Virus record (IMG/VR): IMGVR_UViG_2814123268_000002
Location: 12,973 to 76,972 of that record
Reading direction: 5' to 3' (one strand)
Length of the DNA stretch: 64,000 bases
DNA from: a virus
Lineage: Duplodnaviria > Caudoviricetes
Shown here: positions 58,177 to 64,000 of the stretch, piece after piece
Position numbering within the stretch: position 1 is the stretch's first letter
How the letters are laid out: each line of letters starts with the position of its first letter
The notes under the pieces: generated by a model
Databases searched by the model: none
Seen by the model: the letters and a program-made list of their open reading frames with translations, nothing else
What the model was told of the DNA's origin: nothing
Position numbers and translations under genes: made by a program

Positions 58177-59491
58177 GACCCTGTACACGATTCTGTGTAA
58201 ATGCCTTTTCTCAGAAGTGACCGTCCAGACGATCACCGAACTCGATAATAAAGCGGCTCATTGCCATACGCCAGTCCCTCAGCGGCATGGTCCATTTCTG
58301 TGATGCCGCCTGGATCGCTAACCACACCACCTTTTTCACTGCTTCGTCCGTCGGGAACACCTTACGCTTTTTGATGGCATGCCGGATCACGCTGTTCAGC
58401 GACTCGATAGCATTCGTTGTGTAGATCACCTTGCGGATGTCTGCCGGGTAAGCGAAGAACGTCGCCAGGTTAGCCCAGTTTGTCTGCCAGCTACGGCTTA
58501 TCTGCGGGTAGCGGTTGTCCCATGCGCTGGCGAACGCTTCCAGCGCATGCTGCCCTGCGTCTTCCGTGGGGGCCTGATAAATGGCTTTCAGGTCGCGGGT
58601 GACGGCTTTGTAGTCCTTCCAGGAGACGAACCGCAGGCTGTTACGCACCATATGCACGATGCACAGCTGGATGCGGGCTTCCGGATACACCGTATTGATC
58701 GCGTCCGGGAAGCCTTTCAGACCATCGACACAGGCGATGAGGATATCGTTCAGGCCGCGATTCTTCAGCTCTGTCAGCACATTGAGCCAGAACTTCGCGC
58801 CTTCGTTTTCGGCCAGCCACATACCCAGCAGTTCTTTCTGGCCTTCGAGGTTGATACCCAGGGCAAGGAACACGGATTTATTAATGACGCGACTGTCCTG
58901 CCGGACCTTCAGGACGATACAGTCAAGGTAAACAATGGGATAGACTGCATCCAGTGGACGATTTTGCCATTCGGTAACCTGCTCCATTACGGCGTCGGTG
59001 ACCTTCGAGACCAGCGCCGGTGAGACATCAGCGTCATACAGCTCTTTGAACGCGGCCGCTATCTCGCGGGTGGTCATCCCTTTGGCGTACAACGATAAAA
59101 TCTGGTTATCCATACCGGTGATCCGGGTCTGGTTTTTCTTCACCAGTTGCGGTTCGAAAGAGCCATCACGATCACGCGGCGTGCGTAGTTCCAGAGGGCC
59201 ATCACCGGTGGTAACGGTCTTTGTGGAATAGCCATTGCGGGAGTTGGCACCCGGTTTAGGCTGATTTTTATCGTAGCCCAGATGGTGGGACATTTCGGCG
59301 TTGAGAGCCGCCTCAACGCTGATTTTCTTCAGCAGGCGATCGAACTGACTGAGATCGTCAGGGGTTTTGAGATTTTTGGCCAGTTCGTTAGCCAGAGCCT
59401 GCAACTGTTTTTCGTTCATAAAGTAACCTGCTTTTGATGTTGGATTGAACATATCAAAATCAGGCAATTACACAAATTTATGTACAGGCTC
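58177..59491 (-). mobile_element. IS256-family element, copy 3
   Basis: Same IRs; 8-bp TSD GACTGTCA; Q-to-H substitution relative to copies 1 and 2. Confidence 0.95.
58211..59419 (-). CDS. IS256-family transposase
   Basis: Near-identical to the other copies. Confidence 0.95.
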   Translation of the reverse strand: MNEKQLQALANELAKNLKTPDDLSQFDRLLKKISVEAALNAEMSHHLGYDKNQPKPGANSRNGYSTKTVTTGDGPLELRTPRDRDGSFEPQLVKKNQTRITGMDNQILSLYAKGMTTREIAAAFKELYDADVSPALVSKVTDAVMEQVTEWQNRPLDAVYPIVYLDCIVLKVRQDSRVINKSVFLALGINLEGQKELLGMWLAENEGAKFWLNVLTELKNRGLNDILIACVDGLKGFPDAINTVYPEARIQLCIVHMVRNSLRFVSWKDYKAVTRDLKAIYQAPTEDAGQHALEAFASAWDNRYPQISRSWQTNWANLATFFAYPADIRKVIYTTNAIESLNSVIRHAIKKRKVFPTDEAVKKVVWLAIQAASQKWTMPLRDWRMAMSRFIIEFGDRLDGHF

Positions 59492-59589
59492 GACTGTCAG
59501 TATAATTACGCCATGCAATCAACTATTCAGAATAGCATATAATGAGCAACACTATGATTCTAAATGGAAATAATCATACCCACCTGCAG

Positions 59590-59900
59590 TCTGTACTGTC
59601 ATTACGGGCGTCATGGCAGTGAGTCACAGACCGCAGCAGGAAGTGCAACTTCGCCAGTACCAGTTTTTGTTGATGGTGAGCGTTTAGGGCGACGGCTATG
59701 GCTTTCCAAACCAGCAATGCCCTGAGCCAGATATCTGCGCCACCATTTACGCAATGTGGGCCGAGAAATGCCACAGCGACGGCATACGAATCCCGCATCA
59801 CCAGACGTTTCATAGAGTTTTACCCACTGCAGTCTCTGCTGAATTTCTCTGTTCATAGTGAGGTATTATAGTGAAACGATGTCTATGAATCACACACATG
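59590..59900 (-). pseudogene. IS481-family transposase N-terminal remnant
   Basis: VCRRCGISRPTLRKWWRRY...GLESHSRRPKRSP; no catalytic domain. Confidence 0.7.
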
Positions 59901-59944
59901 AGACAATGGTTAAAGCTCTACAAATAGAAATTAATAAGTTACAA

Positions 59945-60012
59945 AAAATCGGCGTTGAGGCCGTTCTCAACGCCGAGATGCCCCACCATTTGAGCTACGA
60001 TAAAAATTAGTC
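59945..60012 (+). pseudogene. Diverged IS256 transposase fragment
   Basis: AAAATCGGCGTTGAGGCCGTTCTCAACGCCGAGATG aligns with AAAATCAGCGTTGAGGCGGCTCTCAACGCCGAAATG of the intact IS. Confidence 0.75.
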
Positions 60013-60079
60013 TGACACATAAATCATTTTTATCGAACCAAACAATTCAATATTGATTTGTTTGTGCTATAAACATATA

Positions 60080-60946
60080 TCATGCAGCAACACTCTCAGT
60101 GCAATATAAACCACTTATAGAATAAATCCCATATTCTTCTGAGATGCTGCGCGTTGGAGATGGAAACCCAACCTCATTACCACCTTTATTAAAATCAAAA
60201 ACGCCTAATACGTTTCCATGTTGGTTTTTTGCATTTACTACCCTTGCATAAATGTTTCCATCTTCTGCTGTTATTTCTATTTTCACTGCCTTTGTTTTTT
60301 CTTTGTCAAAAAACTCTGCCCAAAAAGATAATATTTCTAATTGCTTTCCTTTTACCGGCCTCTCAAAACCCCATAAATGGGTTACTAGATCAGGTTTACC
60401 TGTTAAGAAACCACCTATATTGATTCTTAATTTAGTTGGGTCTAGATTAAGAACACTAACAGTTCCATTGTTTTCATATAAGCTTCTTTTTCCAGTGCTA
60501 ATAACACTATTTGTTCTAATTAGAAACATATTTCTACCTGATACAGCGGATATAAATGATATACCATATCCGTTATCAGTCTCTGAATATGCGACATTAG
60601 ATTTTGTGCCAAAATTATTAAAGTCATATGTTTGTAACTCATCTATTGAAGCTTTAGCATGCTTCGCATCAATTACTTTGACCAGTAAACCATCATTGCT
60701 TTCTGTTAATAAAACCTGCACAGCTTTAATTGTGTCACCCTGATATATTTTTGCCCAAAACAAAATGCTAGACTCACTCCTTTTAACATCCCAAATAATA
60801 GATGGGGTTCTTTCCTCTTCTTTATTAACCGAAGCACCACCTAAAAAAATAGTCATCCTAGTAGGATCTATACTATTTACAGTCACATCCCTATTAAAAT
60901 TTTTACCTTGACTGGGAATGAAGTGATCTATTGCATATCTTTTCAT
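60080..60946 (-). CDS. AT-rich hypothetical protein with two tandem ~140-aa domains
   Basis: DPT...GG...FWA...KAV...AK...DFN..G...YGI..IS occurs twice; AAGGA RBS. Confidence 0.7.
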   Translation of the reverse strand: MKRYAIDHFIPSQGKNFNRDVTVNSIDPTRMTIFLGGASVNKEEERTPSIIWDVKRSESSILFWAKIYQGDTIKAVQVLLTESNDGLLVKVIDAKHAKASIDELQTYDFNNFGTKSNVAYSETDNGYGISFISAVSGRNMFLIRTNSVISTGKRSLYENNGTVSVLNLDPTKLRINIGGFLTGKPDLVTHLWGFERPVKGKQLEILSFWAEFFDKEKTKAVKIEITAEDGNIYARVVNAKNQHGNVLGVFDFNKGGNEVGFPSPTRSISEEYGIYSISGLYCTESVAA

Positions 60947-61286
60947 AAGTATCCTTGTTTTAGTTAGTTGCTAATGGTAGTAAATACTCTGGCTTTATAA
61001 TGGATAGAAATTGATATAACAAGTTACCTATAGAGTACTAAACGGACTATCAACGAATACTTAGAAGCCATCAAAAAAAATAATTTCCATTAATAAATGA
61101 TGTTATTTTCATCCCAGAAAACAAAACAAGTCACCTAATCTGAGATAAATAGTAAACGCATTGATAATCACGCTGCAGCGCTGCTTTCAGCGGGTTCAAG
61201 GTACATCGCAGGAGAGAAGAAAGAAAGAAAGAATGCATAGCTGGATATGTAGCACACAAGTGCAATGTTAATGATAGGAGAATAAC

Positions 61287-61640
61287 GTGAAACAGAACTC
61301 AGCCGAAGTAAAAGGAATGAGTAGGATGGCGCAGCGCCTCCTGGATAAAATTGACCGACTGGAGCATGCCGTTAAGCATAGAGTCGAATTAAACAGGAAT
61401 CCAATACCAGGTACCTCGTCTGAAAAAATGCTCTCTCTGGCGCAATGCGAATGGATATTGAAGGATTGCGCCATGTTTCGTCGCTGGATTAGCAATGCTG
61501 ACATCGTCGAATCGCAGCCATGGGTAAACGCCTCACGATCGGAGGTAAGTATCGACAATATAGGAGTCCCCTTGCCTCCAGGATGGGACTTGATAAAAAT
61601 CCCGGTCATATGTCCTATTTGTGGCTTTACCTCAGAATAA
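61287..61640 (+). CDS. Phage hypothetical protein (C-terminal CPxC)
   Basis: AGGAG RBS, GTG start. Confidence 0.45.
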   Translation: MKQNSAEVKGMSRMAQRLLDKIDRLEHAVKHRVELNRNPIPGTSSEKMLSLAQCEWILKDCAMFRRWISNADIVESQPWVNASRSEVSIDNIGVPLPPGWDLIKIPVICPICGFTSE

Positions 61641-61669
61641 TTTATTAACACCAATAATGAATTGGTAAA

Positions 61670-62140
61670 TTATTCATCTTTTGGAAGGTCACCTGAAAAC
61701 CAGGCCGCGACCTTCTCTGACATATTCAGCTTAATAGCCGCAGACTCTGATGAACGGCCAAGAGAGATAAGCACCCTTTTATAAGCAGGGTCTCGTAACA
61801 TCCCAAGCGTTGGGTTATCGCCCTCTTCCGCTTTAACGTAAGCAGCATGGAGATCAGCGTCTGAGACGCTATCCGACATCGTTATCAGCGCCTTCATTTG
61901 TTTCGCTTGAATCTCATGTAGCATAGCCGTTTTACCCGGTTGCCATACAAAACTGGCGATAGATATTGCGGCAATAACGGCACCAAAAAGAGGAGCGCTA
62001 CCATAGGTGGCAAATATTGCTGACCCGAGCGTAATTTGAATAAACGTCAGTATGCGATCCAATCTGGCGTATAAGATCGCATGCATTGTTTCTATATAAA
62101 ATGAATATCGAATACTAAAAAGCAATTCATCCCGGGTCAT
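61670..62140 (-). CDS. Two-TM SLATT-like membrane protein
   Basis: Helix, two adjacent hydrophobic segments, then P.K.A..H helix; GAGG RBS. Confidence 0.6.
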   Translation of the reverse strand: MTRDELLFSIRYSFYIETMHAILYARLDRILTFIQITLGSAIFATYGSAPLFGAVIAAISIASFVWQPGKTAMLHEIQAKQMKALITMSDSVSDADLHAAYVKAEEGDNPTLGMLRDPAYKRVLISLGRSSESAAIKLNMSEKVAAWFSGDLPKDE

Positions 62141-62149
62141 TTGGCACCT

Positions 62150-62242
62150 CTATTTTTTCGGCTTTGGCGCAGGCGTCGGCCTGTACGTTACTTGCCCATC
62201 AGGTCTTGGACGTTCTGTACCACCAAATTGATTAATACGCAT
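62150..62242 (-). CDS. 30-aa Pro/Lys-rich micropeptide
   Basis: MRINQFGGTERPRPDGQVTYRPTPAPKPKK; GGAGG RBS; stop adjoins the next RBS. Confidence 0.5.
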   Translation of the reverse strand: MRINQFGGTERPRPDGQVTYRPTPAPKPKK

Positions 62243-62386
62243 TTTACCCTCCATTGGGTGGAGTTAATGGAGAACCTCCATATGGTGATGGAGTTCGTGC
62301 GCCGGACACGGGTAAGAATCCGGCTTAAATAAAATACTACCCCCGCTTATACGCAGCGAGCAATGAAGAAATAAAGGGAGTGTGAG

Positions 62387-62638
62387 ATGAAGGTATTAAG
62401 AATTAAAGGGGAGAGCGCCGGGGATGTACTGCAGGAGGATCTGAAGCGGGCGAAAGCCCAGGGGAAAAAGAAAGTCACCCGCAGCATCACTGGCGGCCAG
62501 TTTAGCGCGACACGCGCCCGCCGGCTGGTTGAGCTGCTCAGCGATGCCGAAATAGACGAGGATGGACGGACGCTGGTCCTACGGGAAGGTATCGGAGAGG
62601 AAGTAATGCGGATTATCAACGAATACAGCGGAGCATGA
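62387..62638 (+). CDS. Phage hypothetical protein
   Basis: GGGAG RBS; directly upstream of xis. Confidence 0.5.
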   Translation: MKVLRIKGESAGDVLQEDLKRAKAQGKKKVTRSITGGQFSATRARRLVELLSDAEIDEDGRTLVLREGIGEEVMRIINEYSGA

Positions 62639-62640
62639 AC

Positions 62641-62928
62641 ATGGCCAGAATGGTGAGTTTAAAGGAATGGGCTGAAGATGAATTTGGCAGTTTAGCTCCA
62701 AGCCTTCACACATTAACGAAATATGCCAAAGGTCACATGATGGCGCCACCGGCCAGAAAAGTTGGCAGAAAGTGGATGATTGATCGTGACGCCCGATTTA
62801 TCGGCATTTTAGCTGAACCCAAAATCGCACCGACAGCAAACCCCGCGTTGAAGAGGATTATTGCAGATGGCTGCCAGACCACGAACCCACAAAATAACCA
62901 TCCCCAATCTGTACTCAAAGTTAGATAA
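62641..62928 (+). CDS. xis: Excisionase
   Basis: LKEWAEDEFGSLAPS..TL.KYAK..M.APPARKVGRKWMI. Confidence 0.85.
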   Translation: MARMVSLKEWAEDEFGSLAPSLHTLTKYAKGHMMAPPARKVGRKWMIDRDARFIGILAEPKIAPTANPALKRIIADGCQTTNPQNNHPQSVLKVR

Positions 62929-64000
62929 GCGTACCGGACGCGTATATTGGCAATACAAGCACCCCGTAACGGGTAATTTTCACAGCCTGGGTACCAATAC
63001 AGAGGAAGCCAAACAGGTCGCCAGTGAGGCAAACGACATTATCGCAGAGCAGCGTACCCGGCAGATCCTCAGCGTTAACGAAAAAATCGCCCGTATGCGT
63101 GAGTCCAGAGAGTTTATCACCGTCACAACATGGCTAGATCGTTACCTTGAAATCCAGCAAGAACGGCTTGAATCAGGCGAAATAAAAATCAACTCCGTTA
63201 AGCAAAAGAAGAAGCCTGTCGAATTATTGCGCCAATGTTCTGGGATGCTTTATCTGAAAGATGTTACTGCGTTGGAAGTAGCAGAAATCATTGATGCCGT
63301 GAAAGCACAGGGACATAGCCGTATGGCTCAGGTCGTCAGGATGGCTATCATTGACGTTTTTAAAGAGGCGCAACACGCGGGGCACGTACCGCCAGGCTAT
63401 AACCCGGCACAGGCAACAAAACAACCCCGGAACAGAGTGATGCGCCAGCGCTTATCGCTTGATGAGTGGAAAACCATTTATTCTGCGGCTGAACGACATC
63501 CCCCCTACCTCCAGTGTGCCATGTTGTTGGCTTTGGTGACTGGCCAGCGGATCGGTGACATTTCTAATATGAAGTTTTCTGATATTTGGGACGACATGTT
63601 GCACGTCACCCAAGAGAAAACAGGGGCACGTCTGGCTATCCCACTGGCTCTTACCTGCGTGGCGCTCAATATTTCACTGAGGGACGTCGTGACTCAATGT
63701 AGAGATGCGGTACTGAGCCAGTATCTGGTGCATTTTCGGCACACCACATCACAAGCAACGCGGGGGGATAGGGTTTCACCTAATGCCATCACAACCACCT
63801 TTAAAAAAGCCAGGAACCGCAGCGGTATAACCTGGCCGGAGGGAACCGCGCCCACTTTCCATGAACAACGCTCTCTGTCTGAACGACTCTACCGGGAGCA
63901 GGGACTGGAGACACAAAAACTGCTGGGACATAAGTCACAGAAAATGACGGATAAATATAACGATGACCGAGGGAAAGAATGGATGGTTATTGCCGTTTAG
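62867..64000 (+). CDS. int: Tyrosine integrase (lambda / phage 21-type with arm-binding domain)
   Basis: MAARPR..IPNLY, VTGQRIGDI, PTFHEQRSLSER, LLGHKSQKMTDKYND. Confidence 0.95.
   Translation: MAARPRTHKITIPNLYSKLDKRTGRVYWQYKHPVTGNFHSLGTNTEEAKQVASEANDIIAEQRTRQILSVNEKIARMRESREFITVTTWLDRYLEIQQERLESGEIKINSVKQKKKPVELLRQCSGMLYLKDVTALEVAEIIDAVKAQGHSRMAQVVRMAIIDVFKEAQHAGHVPPGYNPAQATKQPRNRVMRQRLSLDEWKTIYSAAERHPPYLQCAMLLALVTGQRIGDISNMKFSDIWDDMLHVTQEKTGARLAIPLALTCVALNISLRDVVTQCRDAVLSQYLVHFRHTTSQATRGDRVSPNAITTTFKKARNRSGITWPEGTAPTFHEQRSLSERLYREQGLETQKLLGHKSQKMTDKYNDDRGKEWMVIAV

Larger units (their letters stand above)
30490..64000. mobile_element. Prophage 2, defective lambdoid prophage with P2-like contractile tail, integrated at icd
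   Basis: int-xis, cI/cro, O/P-like, Q, holin-lysin, sheath/tube/TMP/gpU/X/D; no head or baseplate genes; three IS256 copies. Confidence 0.9.

Overview
Enterobacterial chromosome segment made of two prophages flanking a short host core (leuZ-cysT-glyW tRNAs, pgsA, uvrC, uvrY, yecF, and decayed glpM-like and hchA-like genes). Prophage 1 (1 to ~24850, left end outside the window) is an HP1/K139-type P2-related myovirus integrated at tRNA-Leu. It has apparently intact head, tail and lysis genes, a hok-type toxin near att, and an AT-rich ParA-ATPase + RelA/SpoT small alarmone synthetase operon in the replication-portal cargo hotspot. Prophage 2 (~30490 to beyond 64000) is a lambdoid element (int, xis, cI, cro, O/P-like, Q, holin, endolysin) with a P2-like contractile tail, integrated at icd. 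It is crippled by three IS256-family copies; one of them replaces the whole head and baseplate region. Its cargo includes a stand-alone PvuRts1I/AbaSI-like SRA domain (possible 5hmC reader), a HipA-like kinase + DUF3037 pair, a STAND-like ATPase, a DUF6516 TA pair, a micropeptide + 2TM SLATT-like pair, and five antirepressor-like genes behind c4/CI-like structured RNA leaders. Best candidates for an undescribed system: the ParA-SAS operon and the orphan SRA moron. All family calls come from motif recognition by eye; no database search was run.
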